From positions 27,714,001 to 27,778,000 of the forward strand of contig OX597823.1 of assembly GCA_951406725.2 (NCBI GenBank): a DNA stretch of 64,000 nucleotides. The letters run 5' to 3'. A program made the position numbers and the translations under genes. The notes beneath the pieces are model-generated. The model had not been told where the DNA came from, made no database searches, and saw only the letters and a list, made by a program, of their open reading frames with translations. The first letter of the stretch is position 1. Each line of letters starts with the position of its first letter. Origin of the DNA: Octopus vulgaris (Eukaryota). Below, piece by piece: positions 26,489-39,421 of this stretch.

Positions 26489-27027
26489 ATCGTTAGCATG
26501 CCGGATAAAATGCTTAGCGGAATTTCTTGCAAATCTTTGCGTTCCAAGTTCAAATCCCGCCGCGGTCAATTTCGCTTTTAAGTACCAAATAAAGTACCAG
26601 TGAAGAACTGGAATCGGTGTAATCCACTAACACCCATCCACTAAAATTGCTGGCCTTGTGCCAAAATTTGAAACAATATTGGTGTCAGTCTTACACTCTG
26701 AATCTGCAATATAATTGCAAACTTCGGTTACTACATACATACACACACACACACATATATATGAATATACACATATATATTCTCAGACACACACATCTGT
26801 ACATATATGAATACACTGTAACAATTCCCCAGTACGACTGCGCCGATAATTCGCCACTTGTCAATAACCCTGTACTAATAAAACCCATTTAAATCGCAAA
26901 TCAGAGAAACAAGTTTATTGTTTTCGAATAACATGTTACGTTTCCGCTTTCTCAATTTGCATTATTGAGATTGGCAGTTGATCAAAGTTTGCAACATTAA
27001 ACACACACACACTAATGTATGTGTAGG

Positions 27028-27090
<63 letters not shown>

Positions 27091-27166
27091 ATGTATGTGT
27101 GTATGGAGGTTTTTTCCACATGCACACGTATGTTTACATATGGGTATATGTATGTGTATATATGCG

Positions 27167-27196
<30 letters not shown>

Positions 27197-27197
<1 letters not shown>

Positions 27198-28078
27198 AGG
27201 GTGCGGTGAGTAAACTGTCGTCTAAATTACGCAAATATGAAAATAACACTGACATCTCATTTTGACAGACATATTTACCAAAATTACATAAAAATATTTT
27301 GAAATACTAAACAGTAAATTTATTCAATAGAATCGCCATTGGCTTCAACCACGGCTTCCAGATGACTTCGGAATCTTCTGCAACTCTTCTGGACGGTCTT
27401 CTTGTTTAAGTTGGTGAATGCTGCTGCAATCCTTGCCTTCAGTTCATCTTTGGTGTTACAAGGAGCTTTTTTGGTTCCTCACTCAACTGCACCCCATGCA
27501 TAATAATCAAGGGGCTAGTAGTCTGGGGAGTTAGGTGGTCAAATGTTAGGGGTGATGTGGTCGCAGAAATTGTCAGACAGCCATGACTGAGTGCTCCTGC
27601 TTGTGTGGCATGATGCAGAGCCTTGTTGCCAGACATAAGGTCTTCCAGCAGTCACCCTCTTGACCCAGGGGAATTCTACCTGCTCCAGGCACTTGATGTA
27701 GGCCTCTGTGTTGAGGCTGAAACCGTTTGAGAAGATGAATGGAGGATTAACGTCGCTATCGCAAGTGATCACTCCAAACACCATGATGCTGACTGGATGT
27801 TTGTGATTTTTTTTTTATCACTCTCAGTACATGTCCTCAGATCAATTACACAAACACTCTGAAATCTTCGTACTGGAGCTTCCGCCGCGAATACCAAGCA
27901 GTACAGCATGTCGTTTCCAAATCTCTGGCAGAGTGAATTACGTTATCGTGCTGTTTTTTCTCACAAACGGTGCCCAACTGAACCTACGATACAGTGTAGT
28001 CGACAAGATTAAAAACAAACATTGCGCATGCGTGAAGTTAAAAGTATGAAATGGTACCAATTTTCCCATCGCACACTG
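27197..28078 (-). mobile_element. Internally deleted maT (DD37D)-like Tc1/mariner element
   Basis: TIR-like ends CAGGGTGCGGTGAG / CCCATCGCACACTG-TA; remnant MVFGVIT..WQQGSASCHTS..*PPNSPD..PLDYY. Confidence 0.8.
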
Positions 28079-28595
28079 TATGTATGTATGTATGTATGTA
28101 TGTATGTATGTATATACATGTATATATACTCACATACGTGTGTGTGTGTATGTATATATATATATATAAATATATATATATTTTTATTTTATAGAAGGAG
28201 TAGAAGCTCCTTCTACAAAATAAATTACTTTACTCTGCTATGTATTGAGTACCTTATTTACTGTGGTTACCCCCGACTCAACCCGGGACCTACATATATA
28301 TATATATATAAGTACATGCATACGTGCTTACAAGCATATATACACATATAAAGCTCTCATTCAGAAGACAGGAGAGACCAGTCATACATTGAAAGTAACA
28401 TTACATTGGGATGTAGAGCCTAATATTTCCATTATGATATATATATGCCACACTGAGCGACCAATCTTTCTGTTCTCAACAATGTATTATCGAATATTTA
28501 TGAATATCGATTCCGACTTCAATTGTGCATGTAACAGAAAGTTGCCGGAACAACCGTAGCACATTTAACATTTTATGTATACATACATACATACA

Positions 28596-28631
<36 letters not shown>

Positions 28632-28632
<1 letters not shown>

Positions 28633-28947
28633 AGGGTGCGTAAGGTATTTGAGGACATACATTTTTGGGGTCATTGCTGCATTTTTGCTCACTCTGTAAA
28701 TAATAATGCCAAGAAATAATAATGCCAGACCGTCATCTTTCTCAAGAAATGAAGAGGCATGCTGTTATTGTGGTTATAAAGGCTGAGCATAGCGATTTAG
28801 AAATATCTCGATTTTTAAAAGTTGCCAAATCTTTCTTCTACAAAGATAAGGAACTAGATATTGAAGATGGCAACGTATCACCAGTATCAAAGCATAAAAT
28901 GCATTCTAAACGCTCTGAAATCATCAGAACACCTGAATTTATCCAGT
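28632..28947 (+). mobile_element. 5' end of a second maT-like transposon
   Basis: AGGGTGCG terminus; ORF 28722 with HTH-like KRHAVIV..EISRFLKV and IIRTPEFI; truncated at the LINE. Confidence 0.6.
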
Positions 28948-28959
28948 AAGTTCAACAGA

Positions 28960-29495
28960 CTTACAATATGGATCTGGGAGCTGAAATTGACTTAGCAGAT
29001 CTCGTAAGCCTGGGTAACATTTTCTGTTCATGTTCGAGCCAACACAATCTATGAGTGCCTCGCATATTGTGTTAAAGTCTCCTAACAATACTAGCGAATG
29101 CGATGTGGCTAGGAACTTGCCCAGGTCACGAAAATATTCACTTTGTGGGCTCATAATGTTGGGTGCATACATAGTAACTAGCCTGATTATCTTGCCACAA
29201 CTGAATGTCAGGTCAAGAACGATCAATCCGCAATCTGGGTCAGAAAAAAACAACTTTTCCTCGGCTACCCGGTTTCTTTTTAGTAGAACCAACATCCCAC
29301 CCCCACCTTCCACCCGACTCGGAGAAACGTATTTCTCGTAGCCGTTCAGGAGGTGGAGCAGATGTCTTGGCCCCTTCACCCGGGTTTCCGTTGCAACAAT
29401 TACATCCAAATTTCTCGACCTATCATTTAGGAAGCGCACTTGCTTCCAACTCGACATCAGGCCACGAACATTTATACAACCAATGTGAATAGACC
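28960..29495 (-). pseudogene. LINE ORF2 APE endonuclease (truncated)
   Basis: GCINVRGL, DVIVATETR, GGGGMLVLL, MYAPN, LGDFN. Confidence 0.9.
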
Positions 29496-29599
29496 TAACT
29501 TACTTTTTAGATCGGGGTGACTTGTCCAATTCGTAAAATTCATAGTTTTTATATTTTATATTTATCTGATAGTTCAATTAGGTTAGTGGCTGATTGTTT

Positions 29600-30672
29600 T
29601 TGTTTTTGTTTTTATATCACGCATTAAGTAGTGCAACTATTCCTCTGTTCGTCTGCCCCTCCGCCATCCTCGCTCTGTCTCTCTTGGCTGTTTTTTTTTA
29701 GGTCTCGGGTCGCTTTGCTTTTGCTGGTTCGAGCCTCCCAATTTCCTTTTCTTGTTTATTTTTCTTTCAGTTTCTCTCTTTCTTCCTCCTCGCCGTCTGA
29801 TTCTTCTACACCTTCTTTACAGTATTTTTTAATGTGACCCAGTTGGCCACACTGGAAACATCGGGGCTTACGCCCCTCAACAAAAATATTTAGAACTTCC
29901 TCCTCTACTTCCATGATTTCTGGCAGCTGTTCTAAAATCTTTGGGTCAGCCTGCAGTATGAGGTTAAGCGTTTGACCAGTCCAATAGGTATTCTCTGTGA
30001 CGGTAGCCTGCAGGAGGTTAATATTATCTTCCCTGTTTGCTAGCACTGCCGCCATCGAGCACATAGGGTTTACTCCGGGTGGAATTCTTGGTATTCTCAC
30101 CTTTGATGTTCTCATTCCCATGTAAATTGGGATTAACATTGTGTCTTCCGACTATAAAGATTTTACAGAGTGTTTTTGTGCCGTTTCTCATTCTTGAACC
30201 TCACCATGATGGTTTCAAACTTCTTCCCTCTGGCTAGATATGTAATGTCCTGCCAGATGGGTTTTAGACATTTTTCAATTTTTTGCTCACATATCTTATC
30301 AATTTTACGAGCTTTTAAGCAGAATGTCTTAAAAATAATAATTTTCTTTTTTTCCTCCGTTAATTCTTCTGGTATTTCCACTTTTACTACTCCATCTCGT
30401 TCTGTTATCATATCTTTGTATTTTAGTAATTCTTTTTTGTCAGTTGACAGCTGTCGCATTCCACTACCAGCTGCTGACGCAAAACTTTTCCTTTCTTCAT
30501 TTTCGATAGTCCTTTCTTCTGTATTTCTTTTGGTGTTCGTAACTTTCGGTAATGCCGGGAATTCGCTTTCCGACACATCAGAAACGTTATCAAAAATTAA
30601 ACTTTCTATTTTCTTTACTTCTCGCTCAATCGATGATTCATCACCCGACGAAGAAGACAAACTTTTCGGCAT
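29600..30672 (-). pseudogene. LINE ORF1 with CCHC zinc knuckle (frameshifted)
   Basis: ORFs 30163-30672 and 29756-30139; CFQCGQLGHIKKYC fits C-x2-C-x4-H-x4-C. Confidence 0.85.
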
Positions 30673-31433
30673 CTTGCCGGCAATTAATGTTTTCCCTCAC
30701 AGGGGAAAACCACAGATAGCTTTCGAAAGAAAACTATACTACAATTTTTTTCAACAATAAGTCCAACAATAGGCACAACAAGAAATTTAACAATTAATAG
30801 AAACTTACGAACACACTCCAACAACAAATTTTCAGTAACAGACGTACGATATACCACAAAGCATTTCGCCCGGCGTGCTAACGTTTTTGTCAGCTCGCTG
30901 CCTAGGTGTGTAAATATATTATGAAGAGGACACGCGCACATTGTCAAGAATCTATGGAGAATATTTTATGTTGAGTTTTTTTTTATTTAGTCGAGTTTCC
31001 TTAATTTTATATCATGTGCGATTTTTCTCTGATCCCCTTTCATTTGACTTTGATATTTAAAAATTCTTTTGCATATTTCATCTTTTTGACGTCTAGGGAT
31101 GGATATTGATGTGTATGAGTTTTTTTTCTGGAGAACTAAAGCGGCAAATTTACCTTATCTTTGGCTTACACATTTTGCCCCATTCAGATTTGTCTTTTAT
31201 ATGCTCAAAAGAGAATGACGATAATTTTCTGGAATAGCTTTTAATGCATTTAGGGAAATCCATTTGCTAAGCTGACTGCAGCTTTAAAGCTGAAACAATT
31301 TAAGGAATTTAAAGAATATATATATATATATTCTTTTATTTTATTTGTTTCAGTCATTTGACTGCAGCCGTGCTGGAGCACCGCTTTCATTCTCTTATTT
31401 CCCTCTATATAATCGAACTCATATTTTTTCACA

Positions 31434-31484
31434 CCATCTCTGATGAAGGGATATCCATAATCTCCCAGAAACTGCTGTAAGACT
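31434..31484 (+). ncRNA. Degenerate minimal hammerhead ribozyme motif
   Basis: TCT-CTGATGA-(A)GGGA..TCCC(A)-GAAA-CTGCT-GTA-AGA; stem III is one change away from palindrome ACAGCTGT. Confidence 0.5.
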
Positions 31485-31539
31485 ATTTCATTACAAATGT
31501 CCTGAAAACTCCTCGCAGCCTTGGATTTATCACATTTGG

Positions 31540-31611
<72 letters not shown>

Positions 31612-31617
<6 letters not shown>

Positions 31618-31873
31618 ATCGCGTGACCGACCAGACCATCAGATGTTGTTACACATCGCCTTCGAATGACGCCACCCCACTGGCTAAGCGAGCAGGCCAA
31701 CAGAAGAAAGAGTGGGAGAAAGAGTGGTGAAAGAGTACAGCAGGGATCACCACCCCCTGCTGGAGCGTCGTGGAGCTTTTAGGTGTTTTCGCTCAATAAA
31801 CACTCACAACGCCCAGTCTGGGAATCGAAACCGCGAGTCCGCTGCCCTAACCACTGGGCCATTGCGCCTCCAC
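31612..31873 (-). mobile_element. SINE C copy 2
   Basis: Homologous to 2250-2547 with small deletions. Confidence 0.8.
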
Positions 31874-31889
31874 ATTTATATATATATAT

Positions 31890-32468
31890 AATGAGGGAGA
31901 TAAATTGAATATTAATTTAATTAATATCAATTTCAAATTAGTAGCCTAGCATAAAAAAATCTGAAAAATCAAAAAATTTCAATACATGTGTATATTTTAG
32001 GGCTAAAAAACCACTAGGTGGATAGCCATATGCTAGAAGAAGATCACATACGATCTAACTACAAAGAAAGAATGCTCTCCAGAGAAAATTCAGCAAACAC
32101 CAGAACATAGGCGGGCAAGACATAAGAAAATTACATAAAAAATCAAGAATTAATCGTATACCGAATAAGTTACTTACGTAATCCTTCGTCTGAAAACTGG
32201 TGTTTAGTTTTACAAATTATATTGAATGTGGAACGATCGTACTGATGAATCTACAGACGAAGGGTTACGTAAGTAATTTATTCGGTAATAGACGAAACCG
32301 GTATACGATTAATTCTTGATTTTTATGTAATTTTCATATGTCTTGCCCGCCTATGTTCTGGTGTTCGATGAATTTTCTCTGGAGGACATTCTTTCTTTGT
32401 AGTTAGATCGTATATGATCTTCTTCTAGCATATGGCTATCCACCTAGTGGGTTTTTTTAGCCCTAAAT
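31890..32468 (+). mobile_element. Penelope-like foldback element carrying a hammerhead
   Basis: ~200-bp inverted arms 31996-32192 / 32254-32467, flanked by TA/CA repeats. Confidence 0.7.
32235..32310 (+). ncRNA. Type I hammerhead ribozyme with palindromic minimal stem III
   Basis: Stem I GATCGTA/TACGATT; CTGATGA 32242-32248; stem II TCTA/TAGA; GAAA 32294-32297; ACCGGT palindrome; predicted cleavage after GUA at 32303. Confidence 0.8.
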
Positions 32469-33367
32469 ACACACACACACACATATATATATAATAATTG
32501 AAGAAACGAAGGCTAAAAATATCCCGTGCTAAAAATCAAAGCGACATCTTTAAAAAACCCTTCTTTTCTTCATTTTGTTTTATTTTGTACCTATTTGCAT
32601 AGGCGCAGGAGTGGCTATGTGGTAAGCAGCTTGCTTATCAACCACATGGTTCTGGGTTGAGTCCCACTGCGTGGCACCTAGGGCAAAGCCTTGTGAGTGG
32701 ATTAGGTAGACGGAAACTGAAAGAAAGCCGTCGTATATATGTATATGTGCGTGTGTCTTTGTGTGTCTCTTTCCCCCCCCCCTCAACATCGCTTGACAAT
32801 CGATGCTAGTGTGTTTACGTCCCCGTAACCTAGCGGTTCGGCAAAAGAGACCGATAGAATAAGTACTAGGCTTACCAAGAATAAGTCCTGTGGTCGATTT
32901 GCTGAAACAAGTAAAAGAGTAAAAAGAGTATACGTAGAAATCTTGCTAGCCACCTCATTATTACTGTTTATAACGGTAATAATACTTCACTACTACGTAT
33001 GTATATGTATGCATGTATGTATGTATGTATGTATGAGAATGTATCGCAAAGAGGGAGAGTTTACTAAAGTATGCCACCGTGTGTATGAGAAAGCAGTGGG
33101 TGAAGGTGGGGTATATGTGTGAACAATTCCAATACTGGTGTCTACAGGTGAGGTAGCTCACCTAGGATTCTCGAATAAATCGATATTTCTAACCTCAACA
33201 TGAAGGTGCAAAGAAAATTCGATATATCAATCAATCCTACATGAAACACCAGTTATTACTGTCAATACAATGGTGGCCGCAACAAGCTGTTTGGTCTGTT
33301 ATTGTGAAACGGTATGATTGGTAGGCATTTTGTTTCAGCCGATAAATTCCATTATCAGCAATAACGC

Positions 33368-33586
<219 letters not shown>

Positions 33587-33742
33587 TTGTTTCATCCTGT
33601 CCTGGCACTTCTCGGCATCATGCAATCATTAAATAAATAAAGAGCATCATATCCGTTATGTAACTCTGAGATCTGAGAGGCGCCCTCTGGTTTAATGTGC
33701 AAATGCAGCAGATATCAAGAAAAAAATTTGTTAATGATGATA

Positions 33743-33810
<68 letters not shown>

Positions 33811-33819
33811 CAATTAATA

Positions 33820-34220
33820 CTTTTATTGGCCACAAGGGCTGACAAAAATTAATTATAACATAAAGGGACAAAACAGGACGAAGGGTTACAAAGAGTTCTG
33901 TCCGTTTGTAAAAAACCGTGTGAAAACAGAGTAACAACGAAAAACTCCCAATAATAACAATAATAATAATAATGATTTCTTTATTAACCACAAGGGTTTA
34001 GATTAAGCAAAACCTTATGGTCAGCACAGAACAAACAAAGAATGTGTGTGTCTGCGTGTTGGTCTGAGGGTTTAATGAGGATTTCTTTATTAACCACAAT
34101 CGGTTTACATACAGAAAAACATTAAAGACAAGACAACACAGGACAACATATTGAGTGTGTGCTAGTATTTTAGGGGTTTTGCTTGTAAATAACTTTAACA
34201 ACAATAACAACAAAAAATGA
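33820..34220 (-). mobile_element. Three stacked retroposon 3'-end fragments beside (TAA)n
   Basis: Each ends on the minus strand in TTGTGG(CC/TT)AATAAA, at ~33821, ~33975 and ~34081. Confidence 0.5.
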
Positions 34221-34424
34221 TGTAATTGCATTTTAGAAATGAATATTCCTCGAGAGATGCTCGTGGAGAAACCCCATAAAAGGACGGATGCCTTGACTTT
34301 TGGAGCTGGTGCCTTTTCTCAGTTCCTTATCTCCTATTTTACAGGCACATGCTCAAGGCAAGCCCGTCCACTCGCGATAATAGTAGTAATATTGAGGGTT
34401 GTAGGGGTGTTAGTCGATTACCTT

Positions 34425-35052
34425 CTTTTCTACACTAGGCACAAGGCTCGGAATTTTTGCGGACGGGGTAAGTCGATAAGATCGACCCAAGTGCGTAACT
34501 GGTACTTAATTTATCGACCCCAAAAGGAAGAAAGGCAAAGTCGACCTCGGCGGAATTTGGACTCAGAACGTAAAGACAGACGAAATACCTATTTCTTTAC
34601 TACCCACAAGGGTGTAAACACAGAGAGGACAAACAAGGACAGACAAATGGATTAAGTCGATTATATCGACCCCAGTGCGTAACTAGTACTTATTTAATCG
34701 ACCCCGAAAGGATGAAAGGCAAAGTCGACCTCGGCAGAATTTGAACTCAGAACGTAACAGCAGACGAAATACCGCTAAGCATTTCGCCCGGCGCGCTAAC
34801 GTTTCTGCCAGCTCGCTGCTTTACATATAGAAAATATTCTTTTCTACTCAAGGCACAAGGCCAGAAAGTTTTGGGGAGGGGGGCCAGTTGATTAGATTGA
34901 CCCCAGTACGCAACTGGTACTTAATTTATCGATCCCGAAAGGTTGAAAGGCAAAGTCGATCTTGGCGGAATTTGAACTCGGAACGTAAAGACAGACGAAA
35001 TACTGCAAAGCATTTTACCCGGAGTGCTAACGTTTCTGCCAGCTCGCTGTCT
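34425..35052 (-). mobile_element. SINE A dimer plus adjacent monomer
   Basis: Junction GACGAAATACC|TATTTCTTT at ~34590. Confidence 0.85.
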
Positions 35053-35099
35053 TACAATATTTAATTCTATTTACTGAAACATTTCAGATTTTCGTAGTT

Positions 35100-36340
35100 A
35101 TGAAGTATGACGAAGACAACACATTCACAAAACAGAATATAAAAGAGAAATCAGAAAAGTAGTAAGGAAACGAAAATTTGTAATTTTTAGCTCTAAAGTG
35201 CATCAGCTGAGAGAAGAATTTACAACCACAGCTGGAGAGTAAAATACAAATCTATCTTGTTATAAACACGAAATACCGAAGTATATGTTTGACGGAAATC
35301 GCAAATCAGCCTATCGTTGCTTCCACATCACACAATCTTTGTAAAAGATTAGAAGAACAAGTTGAAAGTTTATATGGGGAAGAGATGGTGAGTCCAAGAA
35401 GCAAACTATATGGAAAGAAGAACTACAATAGAACTACTGCAAACACGTTGAACAAAATCAGCATGAAATTAAAGGCACAGTATTGAAGAGATATGAAGAA
35501 AAGGACTAACAGGAAATCTCTATGTTCAGATCTTATAACCTGATACTGGTTCAAGGATCTCTTATTTTATCGCTGAGATTTAATAACATTGAATGGAAAG
35601 ATATCTCAAAGATGTTAGACTTGCATAAATGGCTAACCCTAACCCTTCTCATTCTAAAAGTAAAAGTAACGAACTCTTCTACGCTAAAAATTCCATTCCA
35701 ATAACCAACAAGAACATTATGTGCAAGATATACATTGGGTGTCTCAATATGTTTACTCAGAATCGTTGTGGCACCACTTACAATATGACAAGACCGAAGA
35801 CAACTGGGTGGGGAGGAAATTATGTGCTATTTAGAGTAGTTACTAATTGGTTTTAAATATTGGTACAAGGCCAGCAATTTCAAGGGAGTGGGTAAGTCGA
35901 TCACGTCAACCCCAGTACGCATCTGGTACTTATTTTGTCGACCCCGAAAGGATGAGAGGCAAAGTCGACCACGGCGGAATTTTAACTCAGAACGTTAAGA
36001 CGGACAAAATATCCCTAAGCATTTTGCTTGGCGAGAAAACTAATCAGCCAGCTCACCGCCTTAATGAGTAGTTACTAATCAACAACAGTTACTAATTAAC
36101 AAAATTATGCAAGAAGAAACAGTGAAGAAACCGAAGAACCTAACTTTATTGTGAGTGAACTACTAGGAAGTTTTTGATAGTAAAGCGCATGGATAAATTA
36201 TCAAAACATAAACATTAGCCAAAATTCCTCAACTACAGATAGTTACTATACAACACTTAACCTCTTAAATTATAACAAACCAATTGTATCTAACATCATA
36301 CATTATCACACCTACGCAAAAACACATGAAATCCTTTGTT
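35100..36340 (+). pseudogene. Fossil R4/Dong/NeSL-type reverse transcriptase fragment
   Basis: Remnants NRKSLCSDLI (~NWKSPG.D), AKNSIPITNKNIMCKIY (~NYRPI), QQLLINK and VNY*EVFDSKAH (~IDYKKAFDS.PH). Split by SINE A 35848-36065 with 14-bp TSD GAGTAGTTACTAAT. Confidence 0.6.
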
Positions 36341-36368
36341 CCAAATCTTATAAACAGGTTATTGGTTC

Positions 36369-36511
36369 AGTTTTATATTTAAGAGATGAGGAATTGTGTA
36401 CATTATTGACATTATTTACATTTGACGGATTGTTGTTAACATAACGTTTCGGCTGGTTTCATCAGGTGTCTTGGGGAAATTTCGAATCTGGGTTCTCATT
36501 CCTAGTTATCA

Positions 36512-36552
<41 letters not shown>

Positions 36553-36629
36553 ATTATTATTATTATTCAGGTCACTGCCTGGACCCGAACTCTTAATCAC
36601 TACGCCATGTGCCAGTGGGTATATGGCGT
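36369..36629 (-). mobile_element. SINE family E copy 2 with 13-bp TSD
   Basis: TSD AGGTTATTGGTTC at 36356-36368 and 36630-36642; partly deleted tRNA head, (AAT)n and CTGATGA..CAGCC-GAAAC-GTT. Confidence 0.75.
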
Positions 36630-39378
36630 AGGTTATTGGTTCTTCCACATTATTATCATGTCTCTTCTACTTCATCATCATAAACACACGGGTATCTACG
36701 GTAAAGGGGCCCCTTTCTTTACGACTGATTATTTAACACTAATATATAGATACCACAAAGACACTTTCCTGCTCCTTAAAATATTAGACTCGTATCTATG
36801 GAAGAAACCCGTCCATAACGGTAGATTTCTGGCGGTTCTCTGACATGGCACCTGTAGGAAATAATGTTTATGGAACTGGATATTCTGAATCTAGAAATAA
36901 ACCTTATCTTTTCTTAGAAATGACCTGAGCTGTGTAGTCTAAATATTAACCGCATCAACCGCATTAACCTCATTGGATCTCACTATTCATATTCCACAGA
37001 CATTGGAATGAAATTTGGTGAGGACATGCATGCGCTTTTGGAAAAACTGTGCCCTACAAATATAGAATGAATATTGTGCCCTGCAAAAACAAAAATAAAA
37101 TCATTGATAAGGCTGCCATATACTTTGAGGTGTGGCCTACAGTCAAGAGTACCTGCTGAAAATGAGAAAGGAAACGAAAACCCCAAGAAAGTAAAAAAAA
37201 ACACAGAACATATAGTAATCAGTTTATAACATGCAAAGGTACAGGCATAGCTGTGTGGTTAAGAAGCTTATTTTGCAAACGCGTGATTTCGGGTTCAGTT
37301 CTGCTGCACACCTTGGGCAAGTGTCTTCTACTACAGCTTCGGGCCGACCAATACCTTGTGAGTGAATTTGGTAGACAGAAACTATGCGGAATCCCGTCGC
37401 GTGCGCGTGTTTGTGTTTGTCAACCCACTACCGCTTGACAACTGGTACTGGTTTGTTTACGTCTCCGTAATCCAGCGGTTCAGCAAAGAAGATCGATAGT
37501 ACCAGACTTTAAAAAAGTTGCTGGGTCGATTTGTTCAATTAAACCCCCAGAATGACCATAGTCCAATGACTGAAATAAAGGCCATAGAAGAAATAAACCA
37601 CATTATAAGAAACATGGAGTACTGACAAGTTTATAATATCTCGCCTTGAATGTTATATCTGAGCGATCCAGAAGCAAAATATCTGCACAAGAACCTTCTA
37701 AACAAAAGTTAGAAAGCTTCGGATGATAACAGACGTAGGATATGGAAAACCAAAACTGAACACATTTCCCTGGCGTGTTATGCGGTTTGTTAAACCCTCA
37801 TCAGAGGACAAGTACCTTGTAGGAAGAATACTTGGCAGAGTCCCAAACACCAATTCACTGCCTTGGAATGGAACCCTAATCACTGTGTCAGGACGTAAAA
37901 AGAATTAACAATAAACAGGATGCTATCCAGGATGGATGATGCCAGCAAAACTCATTAGAATCTCAGTGTTGTAAACAACATATGGAAATGTCATTAACAA
38001 TTTTGTCTTTAGTGCCTTTTCTTTGACAGGCCCTGTCTATATATAGATGGTTTATCTGCTGGCTAACCAGTGTCCGTGGCCTAGCGAAAGCAATAGTTTC
38101 ACAAACTTATGCCACTCACCTTCGAATACACGATGAGGACAACTACGATAATGGTCGTGACACAGCTCAAGCAAGCGAGCTGGAAAAATCTACGCCACTC
38201 GCCACTATTGTCATGACAGACACACATCTCTCATGGACACACACGAACTGACACACTTGGGCTTAAATATATATTTTTTTCTCTGTCGTTCATCGCAACG
38301 ATAACATTTTTGTTAACGGTGAATGAAGATTTTTGTGCTTGGAACTTCACACAGCCTTCTGTTCTTCTGTCTCACGATCAGATCAAAACATCTTACATTA
38401 CAACCTTCTCATTCTGTCTTCATGAAGAAAACTTATAGTAAATTGCTTTATAAATCAAACACAAACTAGAACTTAACTGTAATGGCAACGTTTGTCGGCG
38501 GTGTGATTAGATAGTTTATAAATATTTATGCACAACGCAGAGTTTGTTAAAAAATAATTAAGATAAAATCATATATAATCTATCTTGGCTTCATTTATGC
38601 ACATGCATACACAATCTCTCTTTCTCCTATCTGTCTCTCTATCTCTGTCTCTATCTTTCTCTCTCTCTCTCTCTCTCTCTCTCACCTACATTCTCTCTGT
38701 ATCAGTTACACACATCCATGTACAATTAGTCATTCATAATTGCATTTACATAATTGCATATACTCTTACACAAACATATACTCAGCTATACATACACACC
38801 TTGTGGTGTGTGTAAAAGAGTAGTTTATCTGCATTAATAGTAAAAACAAATAAACAATCCAATTTTTTTAAAAAGGCGGCCTCGGAATATAGAAGAGTAG
38901 AAAAAACATGATGTAGAAAAGTTTACTGCCTCAACTCTGAGTTTTAATGATATTTTGTTGTTATTCTTAGTTAATTCCCAATGCAGATCCTCTGCGGTAG
39001 ATTAATGATCAAAGGTGTTTCAGCTATGACCATCACAGCTTCTGTAGTCGAAAGACACCTGTTGTTATGTCCTGTTATTATTTTTATTGTATTTGTGTAA
39101 CATTGTCCGTTTTTTTTTCGTCCTTGTTTTTGCATACATTCGCTGCTTTCTTCCAAGGAATCTAATGCTCTTAGCTTAGTTTTTCCTTGGGGCTGGCCAG
39201 ATTGGAGCAATCTCAAGTATAATCAGCCGAAATTGCGAAGATAATCTGGTACTTGACTAAGGAAAAAAACTTCGAATGACCCGTCCTTGTTTTCTTTGTA
39301 TCGTCTATCTGGATGTTTTGTTGTCTCATTTTTGTATCACCTAGCTGTCCAGATGTTTTGCGTTCTTGTCCCATTTTG

Positions 39379-39421
<43 letters not shown>

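Larger units (their letters stand above)
28950..30845 (-). mobile_element. L1/Tx1-type LINE, 5' half
   Basis: 5' UTR, gag-like ORF1 and APE endonuclease; RT and 3' end are absent. Confidence 0.85.

Noticed and set aside
36720-37200. Possible Sola-like transposase fossil (CALQ.NKNK)
   Set aside because: A single frameshifted motif; insufficient support.
37775-37815. CTGATGA followed by a hairpin on the minus strand
   Set aside because: No GAAA or stem I complement; too decayed to call a hammerhead.
37930-38500. Possible mariner fossil on the minus strand
   Set aside because: Only faint motif traces and no TIRs found.
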